A stretch of DNA of 64,000 nt from an uncultured Candidatus Saccharibacteria bacterium (GTDB taxonomy: Bacteria > Patescibacteriota > Minisyncoccia > Phycocordibacterales > UBA9973), in the NCBI GenBank assembly GCA_964532495.1, contig CAZHJZ010000001.1, forward strand, positions 44,644 to 108,643. Direction: 5' to 3'. Below, piece after piece: positions 47,677 to 55,655 of this stretch. A model generated the notes under the pieces. That model was not told the DNA's origin and did not search any database. It saw only the letters and a list, made by a program, of their open reading frames with translations. Every line of letters begins with the position of its first letter. Positions within the stretch are counted from its first letter, which is position 1. The position numbers were made by a program, and so were the translations under genes.

Positions 47677-49392
47677 CTATAGCACTTCTTTTTGATAACA
47701 ATCTTCGCAATACACTTTCTCGATACGAAGAGGAGAATACGTAGTTTCAAAGCGATTTTCGCACTCGCCTTCATGGTTATGCCCCGAGATAGCACAGTTA
47801 CACTTCCTATTGTACAGCTCTGGTAGATTTACCATACTAAATCTTCGTAAGTGACGGCAGTTGAAACAATTCCTTGGCAGCGCGATTCCAAACCGTCGAA
47901 GCATGCCTAATTCTTCAGGAACAATACGATACACTTTGCCGCACGAAGCGCAGGAAAGTATTTCTTTTACAATATCATCTGCAACGTCAGAGATTGAATC
48001 AGGCAAATCAACGGATTTAATCGTCGCCGTAAAATTACCAGGAATAACTTCTCTGTATTTCCAGCCTTGCTGCTTGGTTGCCTCCTCGCTTAACGGCTTA
48101 TAATCCTGGGCGATGGTTTCATTATAGGTATAGGGCGAAAGCTCGATTGGGAAAAATTCGCCATAGCCATATGATCTTCCAGCACTGTCTATGTATTTCA
48201 TCTCATTCATCTGTGCGCGAATCTTTGGAACAAGCTCTTCGTATTCTTCCTTAGAATATTGCTTATTGAAAATACAGTACTGCTTTTTGCGCAGGCCAAC
48301 ACAGCCGAATAAATTGCTTGAGTTATGGCAATTGATGCAATATTCCATATTGTACGAATTCCAAACGGCGATACAAAAGAGCAACACGGCTGCCGTGTCT
48401 CCGCAGTCTACTGATTCATATAACCGTTCGGCGTTAACTCCGATGCCATACCCGTCATACAGATCGTACGAATTTACTAATGTATTTATTATATATCTCG
48501 AATCTTTTACTCCATCAAAGACGCTGAATCCATATTTAACATTGAAGCAGCTTCGGAGATTGTTTCCCGTAGACTCTTCAGAATTTATAAGATTGGCGTA
48601 TCGATGAATAGCGGCATTTTTTATTTCTGAGAATCTTTTCATCGCTTTCACAATATTGGAGTATGCAGCGAGATTGTATTCTTTTATTTTCTCTGAATAC
48701 TCAGCTTTTGTATATTGAACATTCTCAAATACATATTGCTTATTTCGTAAGTTTGAAGATAAGAAGCAATTATCGCAATTTTTACAGTCAAAAAGAAAGG
48801 CACAATCCGTACAAGCAGTGACTTGATCTGAAAAAAATACTCTATTGGACTTGAGGAGAGATACTGATTCATAGCAGTATTCTGAATCAGTAATCGCATA
48901 GCAATCCATGAGATTTTTTACTTTATTGGCGAGAACAGAATACAGAATATCTTCGGCATCCCAGGATGCAGAAACGAGATAGCAATTCTTGGCCTCCCCA
49001 ACATGATTGCCATATTCTGTATTAATAGACTTACCAATAAAGACGGCTGCCATAGGGGTGGCATTTAACAGTTCCCTATATTGTATGAAAAACGGTCGAG
49101 AAAAATCATACTCTCGCGCAGAAATACTTGTATCGCATTCATCTCCCCACCAAAAATCTCTCTCCACAATATTCATCCCTTCCTCGGGAGAAAAACAAGA
49201 AATGATAGATTTGCCGCTGGCATTTGAAGTAACCCTATGCAAAGTTCGCTCATTTCTGTACGCGAACCTTCTGATCATGCGGCACTGAATGCAGAAAGTC
49301 GGAAAAGGTACCTGAACCTTAGCGTAAAAATCCTGATCGGTTTGATCAATACTGAATTCAGTTTTACAGTTTTGGCAGGTTCGGGTTTCCAT
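47677..49392 (-). CDS. cysteine-rich zinc-ribbon protein, array paralog 5
   Basis: Conserved start METRTCQNCKTEF at 49392, 2 nt after the paralog-6 stop. The ORF track extends to 49419 via a TTG start. Confidence 0.7.
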   Translation of the reverse strand: METRTCQNCKTEFSIDQTDQDFYAKVQVPFPTFCIQCRMIRRFAYRNERTLHRVTSNASGKSIISCFSPEEGMNIVERDFWWGDECDTSISAREYDFSRPFFIQYRELLNATPMAAVFIGKSINTEYGNHVGEAKNCYLVSASWDAEDILYSVLANKVKNLMDCYAITDSEYCYESVSLLKSNRVFFSDQVTACTDCAFLFDCKNCDNCFLSSNLRNKQYVFENVQYTKAEYSEKIKEYNLAAYSNIVKAMKRFSEIKNAAIHRYANLINSEESTGNNLRSCFNVKYGFSVFDGVKDSRYIINTLVNSYDLYDGYGIGVNAERLYESVDCGDTAAVLLFCIAVWNSYNMEYCINCHNSSNLFGCVGLRKKQYCIFNKQYSKEEYEELVPKIRAQMNEMKYIDSAGRSYGYGEFFPIELSPYTYNETIAQDYKPLSEEATKQQGWKYREVIPGNFTATIKSVDLPDSISDVADDIVKEILSCASCGKVYRIVPEELGMLRRFGIALPRNCFNCRHLRRFSMVNLPELYNRKCNCAISGHNHEGECENRFETTYSPLRIEKVYCEDCYQKEVL

Positions 49393-49394
49393 GA

Positions 49395-51137
49395 TTACAG
49401 TACCTCTTTTTGGTAACAACTCTCACAATACACTATTTCCGATCGATCAGGCGAATAGCTGCTTTCGAATATATTTGGGCAATGTGCCGCGTGCCCGTGA
49501 GACTCTTGCGCACACATGCATGCACGTGGCCAGACCTTGAGCGGATTGCGCTTTGCCAAGCGTTCATAGTGACGGCAATTAATACAGAGTCTTGGGAGCG
49601 GAATTCCCATTCGCTTGTACATTTGAAGCTCAGATGGAATAACGCGAAACGCATTTGTGCACTGATGATTGCACGTTCCCGCATGCAAGCATGAAATTAT
49701 TTCATTCGTAATAGTGTCTTCAATATCGTGTATCGAATCAGGAACCGTTAAAACATCCTTGGTAGGCATATATGATTTATCTTCAAGTTTTCTCCACACA
49801 AATCCCCTCTTTTCAATCTCCTCTTTTGTCATTGGAAAATATTCCTGGGCAATTGATTGATTGTATGGGAAAAATGACATTTCTTCTGGAAAAAACTCTC
49901 CATACGTATACGTACGGCCGCCTTTGTCGACATATGGCATTTCTGTCATATGCGCGATAATTTTCGGCAATAATTCAAAATATTCTTCTTTAGTGTACTG
50001 CTTGTTCAAGATGCAGTATTTTTTATTCTTGATACCCACACAGCCAAAACAATCCGAACAGTTTTTTATAAAATAATTATACTGACAAGAAAAGCTTTCC
50101 CAGATGTTTGCCGAGAAGCAAACATTTTGAACATTGCTGCCAGAGTCCATCAAGTCATAGCTGTTTTCAATATTCACTCCGATGGCATACGCATCATGGA
50201 CGCTCTTCATATTCGTTACGCCGTAGACACAATATTTCAGATCTTCCGCCGGTCCTTCGATATCGAAGCATTCCAGGCAGTTTTTGGCGCCATTCAAATA
50301 ATCACCAGTTGAAGCAACGGTATGGCGCGAATTGGAATATCGGCGCGGATATTTCGCCAGTAGTTCTTGATATTTTTTCTCAAATGCTTCACGGCCTGAA
50401 GCAGTATCGAGATGCAAACGTGTCACTTCTTTTGCATATTCTTCCTGAGTGTATTGAACATTCAAAATCTGGTTCTTGGCGTTTCGAAGGCCGGCGCAGC
50501 CAATGCAATCCTGGCAATTATGGCAGTCATAGCAAAATTTTGATTTGATACATGACTGACAGAGCTGCAACCCATCGCAGTCGTAGCACTGTTCACAATC
50601 CACCATGTTTTGGCATTTTTCATTCTTTCGAGAACCAAGCATGTCAAAACAGTCCCTGTTTTCAATCGAGTGGTAGAGATATGCCGTATCCTCGTTCATG
50701 TCGCTGGCGAAATTCAGATAGCAGTTTTTAGACTGGTACGTAAAATTGCAGTAGTCACTGTTTACATCCTGGAGATTGATGAGCGCCGGTGCCGGAACTG
50801 AATACAAAAGCTCCTTAAATTGCGAGAAGAACGGTTTTGAAAAATCATATTCTTTATGATGATCCATCGCATCCCATTCATCACTCCACCAATATTTCTG
50901 ATCATAGACTGGAAGTTTTAGTTCGGGCGGATACATCATAATGATCATCTCCTCGTGGCCAGGAGCATCGCATTTACGTTTATACAGACTTCGTTCGTTT
51001 CTCCAAGCCAAGCGGCGCTGCAATCGGCAATCCGGACAAAATGTCGGTGAAGGAACATTCAATTTTGTATAAAAATCAAAATCCTCAGATTTGATCTGAA
51101 ATGATTGTGCGCAGTTTTGGCAGTTCTTTGTTTCCAT
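49395..51137 (-). CDS. cysteine-rich zinc-ribbon protein, array paralog 6
   Basis: Conserved start METKNCQNCAQSF at 51137, 2 nt after the paralog-7 stop. The ORF track extends to 51173. Confidence 0.7.
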   Translation of the reverse strand: METKNCQNCAQSFQIKSEDFDFYTKLNVPSPTFCPDCRLQRRLAWRNERSLYKRKCDAPGHEEMIIMMYPPELKLPVYDQKYWWSDEWDAMDHHKEYDFSKPFFSQFKELLYSVPAPALINLQDVNSDYCNFTYQSKNCYLNFASDMNEDTAYLYHSIENRDCFDMLGSRKNEKCQNMVDCEQCYDCDGLQLCQSCIKSKFCYDCHNCQDCIGCAGLRNAKNQILNVQYTQEEYAKEVTRLHLDTASGREAFEKKYQELLAKYPRRYSNSRHTVASTGDYLNGAKNCLECFDIEGPAEDLKYCVYGVTNMKSVHDAYAIGVNIENSYDLMDSGSNVQNVCFSANIWESFSCQYNYFIKNCSDCFGCVGIKNKKYCILNKQYTKEEYFELLPKIIAHMTEMPYVDKGGRTYTYGEFFPEEMSFFPYNQSIAQEYFPMTKEEIEKRGFVWRKLEDKSYMPTKDVLTVPDSIHDIEDTITNEIISCLHAGTCNHQCTNAFRVIPSELQMYKRMGIPLPRLCINCRHYERLAKRNPLKVWPRACMCAQESHGHAAHCPNIFESSYSPDRSEIVYCESCYQKEVL

Positions 51138-51139
51138 AC

Positions 51140-52789
51140 TTATGCAATTTCTTTGAGGTAGCATTCTTCGCACGCTATACGCTTATATCCCCATGCTTTT
51201 GGATAGTAGGTATTAATATCTTTCGAGCAAAAATTACAGGTTGCGGGCACAATCTTGCTTGGGGCCAGTTTCTGCATGCGCTCCTTTGTTCGCACATCGA
51301 AATGCACTCGCGGAATAGCAATATGCATCCGTCTCAAAAATGCTAATTCCTCAGCAGAAATATTGTAGCGCCATCCAGTTACTGGACAAATAAGAGGTTG
51401 TTTGGAAAAACTTTCATCTACATCGTCGATTGAATCAGGAATATCAGCAGTAGGCATTCCCTCAGAAATATTTTCTGCACCTTCATCCCAATATCCACCG
51501 TGCTCTAAAACATATTCCTTTGTAACTTCCGGAAAATAAATTGACGCAGTTGTGAGGTTATACGGAACAAGACCCAAAGAATACGACGGAAAGACGCCAT
51601 ACTCCCCTCGTGCTTTCATATCTTCAATGATTTTTGCTTTTAGCGACTCGTATTCTTCTTTTGAATACTGCTTGTTCAAAATACAATATTTTTTCTTGCG
51701 CAAGCCGACACAACCAAAACAGTATTCGCATTCGAGACAAATATCGCAATATTCCGAGTATCGAGTGCCATCACACCAAATTGAATATTTCAAATCATAT
51801 GCATTGGTACAACAACTATTATTTCCCGATAGCTGAACATCCCAACATCCAGTCTGGTCTATACAATCTTTGTCGTTGCGACCGCGCATGCAGTTTGTGC
51901 AATTTTCAGAATCCTCAATGCTAAAAATATTTACACAGTCATTACAATTGGCCATATAGTTGCCGATTGAATTTTGAGTTTTGAGGCTGAAGTTTTCTCG
52001 GTGAACTACGTTTTCTCTAAGTATCTCAAGGTACCGAGCTTTGCACTTTTCAAGGCCAGCATGTGAACCTAAATCATACTCCTTTAATTTTTCAAAATAA
52101 GCCTCTTTGGTATATTGTTCATTCTCAATGCAGTATGACTTGCCGCGTAGATTCCAGGACATGAAGCAGTTTGTTGAATTACGGCAATCAAAAAGAAAGG
52201 CACTGTCGATGCAGTCCTTGCAGTTGATAGAGAATAATAACTTGCTGCAGTTGAAACAATAGGTGCAGTTATAGCATTGATCGAGATTGAAGACGTGAGA
52301 AATATCTATGGAGTCTTTGCTATCAAATGCACGATAACCATACATGAGATTTTCTCCGCGAACCATCGAGCGACTCAGGTAAGAATTTTTACATTCCCAG
52401 AGATCATCTCCCCAATCTGAATCAACATTCTGCGCTCCAGTCTGATGTGGCCGTGGAACTTTTTCCTGAAGTTCTTTGAGTTGATCGAAAAACGGTCGGT
52501 TAGGATCGTAGTCTTGTCCAAAATCCATTGGATCCCAGGCATCGCTCCACCATTCTTTGGAAGTATAAATCGGATACCGAGCATGTTCAGGTAATATAGT
52601 AATTAATTTTTCTCCAGAAAGATTGGACTTGCGTACTCTAAATTTTCCGAAAGGCCAAAAAGCGAAATGTTGCTTCCATCGGCAATTACGGCAAATGTTC
52701 GGCACTTCCAGGCCGATTTTCTCATACATTCCCATTTCCCTCTCTGTAGTCTGAAACGAAGTGTTGCAGGAAGCGCAGGTCTTACTCAT
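51140..52789 (-). CDS. cysteine-rich protein, divergent array paralog 7 (first gene of the operon)
   Basis: 549 aa. It shares the N-terminal ribbon (CASCNTSF...MYEKIGLEVPNICRNCR), the central Cys clusters and the KKYCILNKQYSKEEYE motif. It lacks the C-terminal ribbon and ends ...ACEECYLKEIA. Confidence 0.7.
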   Translation of the reverse strand: MSKTCASCNTSFQTTEREMGMYEKIGLEVPNICRNCRWKQHFAFWPFGKFRVRKSNLSGEKLITILPEHARYPIYTSKEWWSDAWDPMDFGQDYDPNRPFFDQLKELQEKVPRPHQTGAQNVDSDWGDDLWECKNSYLSRSMVRGENLMYGYRAFDSKDSIDISHVFNLDQCYNCTYCFNCSKLLFSINCKDCIDSAFLFDCRNSTNCFMSWNLRGKSYCIENEQYTKEAYFEKLKEYDLGSHAGLEKCKARYLEILRENVVHRENFSLKTQNSIGNYMANCNDCVNIFSIEDSENCTNCMRGRNDKDCIDQTGCWDVQLSGNNSCCTNAYDLKYSIWCDGTRYSEYCDICLECEYCFGCVGLRKKKYCILNKQYSKEEYESLKAKIIEDMKARGEYGVFPSYSLGLVPYNLTTASIYFPEVTKEYVLEHGGYWDEGAENISEGMPTADIPDSIDDVDESFSKQPLICPVTGWRYNISAEELAFLRRMHIAIPRVHFDVRTKERMQKLAPSKIVPATCNFCSKDINTYYPKAWGYKRIACEECYLKEIA

Positions 52790-52823
52790 AAGGAAAGTAT
52801 AGCTTTTTAAGCTTACATATCAA
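52787..52823 (-). promoter_or_regulatory. putative promoter of the Cys-rich operon (near-leaderless)
   Basis: Minus strand reads TTGATA-N16-TATACT, with only 6 nt between the -10 and the ATG of 51140..52789. The transcript is predicted to be leaderless. Confidence 0.4.
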
Positions 52824-52845
52824 GCAAAAGTATGGAAAATTCTAT

Positions 52846-52874
52846 TTGACTAAAAGTAACAAATATGCTATAAT
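52846..52874 (+). promoter_or_regulatory. consensus sigma70 promoter for 52953..53369, divergent from the operon promoter
   Basis: TTGACT-N17-TATAAT with TGc upstream of the -10 (TGn-extended). Confidence 0.6.
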
Positions 52875-52893
52875 ATATAAGTACATTTACAGT

Positions 52894-52941
52894 TTTAAGA
52901 GTTATTATAGCCGGGTACAGTCGCTTGTAATAACTCTTAAA
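52894..52941. repeat. perfect 14-bp inverted repeat (TTTAAGAGTTATTA / TAATAACTCTTAAA) separated by 20 nt
   Basis: Read directly from the sequence. It lies in the 5' leader of 52953..53369, 12 nt before its ATG, and about 100 nt upstream of the operon start on the other strand. Confidence 0.8.
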
Positions 52942-52952
52942 TCCATACCTCC

Positions 52953-53369
52953 ATGAAATCTACCAGCACCGTAATCATTCTCTCGTTTTTTCTTTTATTA
53001 ATTTGTTGCAAAAAAACACCCTCAAATTTAGCCAAAGAGACCACTACGGTTTCCCAAACCAAAGTTACTGAGCAACAAACTGCATCCCGTTTTACTGAAA
53101 CTGAAAAAACAACTGATTTTGATTCAACAACTATTTCTTGTGTAATTACACTTTTTAAACAAAAAGGCACCTTACATAATGGAATATATGAATACAAAAT
53201 CAATAAAGACTGTAGTGCGTACACCGACCGCAGCAGCACAAATACTTTCATTGTTAACTTATTTGGCCATAATTTCCTTGTGAAAAAAGGAAAAATCTAT
53301 GCGCCAATTAAGGTCAACAACCGCGAACTAATATACATCAAACAAGTAATTCGGGAATTACTTCCTTAG
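52953..53369 (+). CDS. hypothetical secreted/lipoprotein-like protein
   Basis: 138 aa starting MKSTSTVIILSFFLLLICCKK (signal peptide with Cys). The ORF is flanked by a consensus promoter and a hairpin terminator. Confidence 0.5.
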   Translation: MKSTSTVIILSFFLLLICCKKTPSNLAKETTTVSQTKVTEQQTASRFTETEKTTDFDSTTISCVITLFKQKGTLHNGIYEYKINKDCSAYTDRSSTNTFIVNLFGHNFLVKKGKIYAPIKVNNRELIYIKQVIRELLP

Positions 53370-53381
53370 CAAAAAAACATT

Positions 53382-53415
53382 AGTGATCCTTCTGCCAAAA
53401 GCGGAGGGATTTTTT
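53382..53415. terminator. hairpin terminator between convergent genes
   Basis: ATCCTTCTGC-caaaa-GCGGAGGGAT (two G-U wobble pairs) followed by TTTTTTAT. Confidence 0.5.
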
Positions 53416-53423
53416 ATATTCAA

Positions 53424-54893
53424 CTAGATCAAAGGCTCAGCGGCCTTTTCTTGTTGCGGCGCTGCTGCCTGGGCATCGGAAGATCCGCGGCCAGTGTGGC
53501 TGATAGCTGCTTTTTCTTGGGCACTTCGAATGATAGTGGATTCTTCTTCGGCGATAAGCTTTTTGGCCATATCGGCTGGAATTGAGAATTTGCGTCGTGA
53601 CGCTTCGATAACTTCTTTGCGGTATGAAGGATGCGTTGGCGGCAGCACTTTCAGTGTTTCAGCAGAGAATGGGTCGTATGATTCGCCGTCGATGGTCATT
53701 TTGATATAGAACTCCCCCACACCGAGGTTGATCAAATCTTTGGTATCGAAAATTGGCGCAAATTCAGCTTTGAGCTTGATTGCATCATCACCTCCCAAAC
53801 GGAATGAAATAATTGATCCGACGTTACCGAGCACGGCCTGTTGGACTTTCGGCAAAAGCTGACCGACGTATTGGTGAGCAACTGTCAGGTTGAGTCCGTA
53901 CTTACGAGCTTCTGAAAGAATGTTTTCGAATGTATCAGTAACGACGTTCTGGAACTCATCCACGTACAAGTAGAAATCATAACGCTTTGAATGATCAAGT
54001 TTTGCACGAGCCATTCCTGCTTGCTTGATCTTGGTCAAGAACATAGCTCCGAAGAATGACGAGTTTTCTTCACCGATCTTACCTTTTGAAAGGTTAATCA
54101 TAAGAATTTTTTTCTCGTTCATCACTTTTTCAATGTCGATGCGGTTTTCTTTTTGTCCGAAAATGTTGCGCAACATTGGATCTGACAAGAACTGTCCGAG
54201 CTTGTTAACGAGCGGGATGATAGCGTCGGTATCGAACTTTTCAGACCAGTCCGCGAATTCGATCGCCCAGAAGCGCTTTACCATGTCGTCTTCGATATAT
54301 TCAACCACTTTTTGACGGTAGTTACGGTCGGTCAGCATTGAAATCATTCCACGCATCGTTGCGTATGGGTAGTCCAAAAGCGCGAGTGTGGTAAATCGAA
54401 AGACGTGCTCAAGACGCGGAGTCCAGTTGGAACCGAATTGCTTTTCCAACACTTCAATCAAGCCTTGGGTCAATTGGTGCTTGAAAGTTGGGTCAACGTT
54501 TGCGAGCGGGTTAAACGAAGCTGGATATTCAATGTCGCCCGGATCAATAATACAGACATCTTCAACGCGTTCCTTTGGGATAAAGTCCAAAATGTCATCA
54601 ATAAATTCTCCGTGCGGGTCAATGACGCACACACCATGACCCTGAGCGATGTCCTGGCGCACCATAAGTTCCTGAAGTTTGGATTTACCGACTCCGGACT
54701 TTCCGATGATGTAGAGGTGACGGCGGCGGTCAACGCGCTTGATACCAAAAACATAGCGCTTTTCTTCCAAAGCGGCTACATAGTTGGTTCGTCCAATAAA
54801 CGACACGTCTTCGGTCGTAACCTTGCCAAACTCAGGAAGTTCAGGAGGCGGCGGAGCGTATTTGATTAATTGGATTTTATTAAGCCGTGCCAT
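53424..54893 (-). CDS. VirD4/TraG/TraD-like (T4CP-like) P-loop ATPase, short paralog of 37238..40273
   Basis: Walker A YIIGKSGVGKSK, Walker B FYLYVDEFQNV, and LTVAHQYVGQL. It is collinear with the N-terminal 420 aa of the 1011-aa protein. 489 aa, with no fused tail. Confidence 0.7.
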   Translation of the reverse strand: MARLNKIQLIKYAPPPPELPEFGKVTTEDVSFIGRTNYVAALEEKRYVFGIKRVDRRRHLYIIGKSGVGKSKLQELMVRQDIAQGHGVCVIDPHGEFIDDILDFIPKERVEDVCIIDPGDIEYPASFNPLANVDPTFKHQLTQGLIEVLEKQFGSNWTPRLEHVFRFTTLALLDYPYATMRGMISMLTDRNYRQKVVEYIEDDMVKRFWAIEFADWSEKFDTDAIIPLVNKLGQFLSDPMLRNIFGQKENRIDIEKVMNEKKILMINLSKGKIGEENSSFFGAMFLTKIKQAGMARAKLDHSKRYDFYLYVDEFQNVVTDTFENILSEARKYGLNLTVAHQYVGQLLPKVQQAVLGNVGSIISFRLGGDDAIKLKAEFAPIFDTKDLINLGVGEFYIKMTIDGESYDPFSAETLKVLPPTHPSYRKEVIEASRRKFSIPADMAKKLIAEEESTIIRSAQEKAAISHTGRGSSDAQAAAPQQEKAAEPLI

Positions 54894-54914
54894 TTCTATG
54901 TGAAATTATAGCAT
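54894..54914 (-). promoter_or_regulatory. TGn-extended -10 promoter of the 53424..54893 ATPase (very short leader)
   Basis: Minus strand reads TGCTATAAT, 12 nt upstream of the ATG, so the leader is predicted to be 5 nt or shorter. Confidence 0.45.
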
Positions 54915-54962
54915 ACCTTTTACTACAAATGACTAATCTCTCTATACTTTCAGTGCCTAAAA

Positions 54963-54990
54963 TTGACTAATCATGACTTTATTGTAATAT
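54963..54990 (+). promoter_or_regulatory. sigma70-type promoter for 55023..55541
   Basis: TTGACT-N16-TAATAT. Confidence 0.5.
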
Positions 54991-55022
54991 GAGGGAAATT
55001 TGTCCATTGTAAAAATTAGAAT

Positions 55023-55541
55023 ATGAAAGATTCAAAGCGAGATATTGTGTATGTACTAAATACCGATTCAAATGATGCAGCCGCCACTTCCCTTTCCCTT
55101 ACCTGGGGTGAAGGCGAACAATATTTTTTGAAAGCACTTGATACAGTAGTAGAAAAAGTTTTAGAATTTTACAGCAAAGAACAAAAACGCCCGGCCGTAA
55201 TCATTTATAGAGACCGGACAGCGTACGATATTGCGAGCGAATACCAAGCTCGTTTCAAGGGCATGCTTCAAGAAAAGCTTACCGCAAAAGGAATCCCTGG
55301 CTGCAATGTAATTTCAGCATCAGTCTGCGGTTCTGCCGCCAATGTTGTAACTATTGTACAGTTCGAATATCTTGATTATTCGGAAAAAGAATTTTTAGAA
55401 AACATTCAAGCGTTCGATAGTGCTTCCACTACACCACCAAAAGAAATTGAACATAATTACATTATCTATAGAATAGAAGGAACCACCTCCGTAAGTATTC
55501 CCGAAGACCAGAAAACAAAAACACAAGAGCCGCCTGAATAG
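55023..55541 (+). CDS. hypothetical protein
   Basis: 172-aa ORF with no family assignment. Confidence 0.5.
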   Translation: MKDSKRDIVYVLNTDSNDAAATSLSLTWGEGEQYFLKALDTVVEKVLEFYSKEQKRPAVIIYRDRTAYDIASEYQARFKGMLQEKLTAKGIPGCNVISASVCGSAANVVTIVQFEYLDYSEKEFLENIQAFDSASTTPPKEIEHNYIIYRIEGTTSVSIPEDQKTKTQEPPE

Positions 55542-55576
55542 GTTGGCTTTTTTTATTTTAATTGAGAAATCTGTTG

Positions 55577-55649
55577 TGCTTGGGACCAGGGTCGAACTGG
55601 TGACCTATCCCTCTTCAGGGGAGCGCTCTACCAACTGAGCTACCCAAGC
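55577..55649 (-). tRNA. tRNA-Phe (anticodon GAA)
   Basis: Minus strand reads GCTTGGGTAGCTCAGTTGGTAGAGCGCTCCCCTGAAGAGGGATAGGTCACCAGTTCGACCCTGGTCCCAAGCA. It folds as a cloverleaf with a 7-bp acceptor stem, anticodon loop CTGAAGA, and T-loop TTCGACC. No CCA is encoded. Confidence 0.85.
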
Positions 55650-55655
55650 ATTTTC

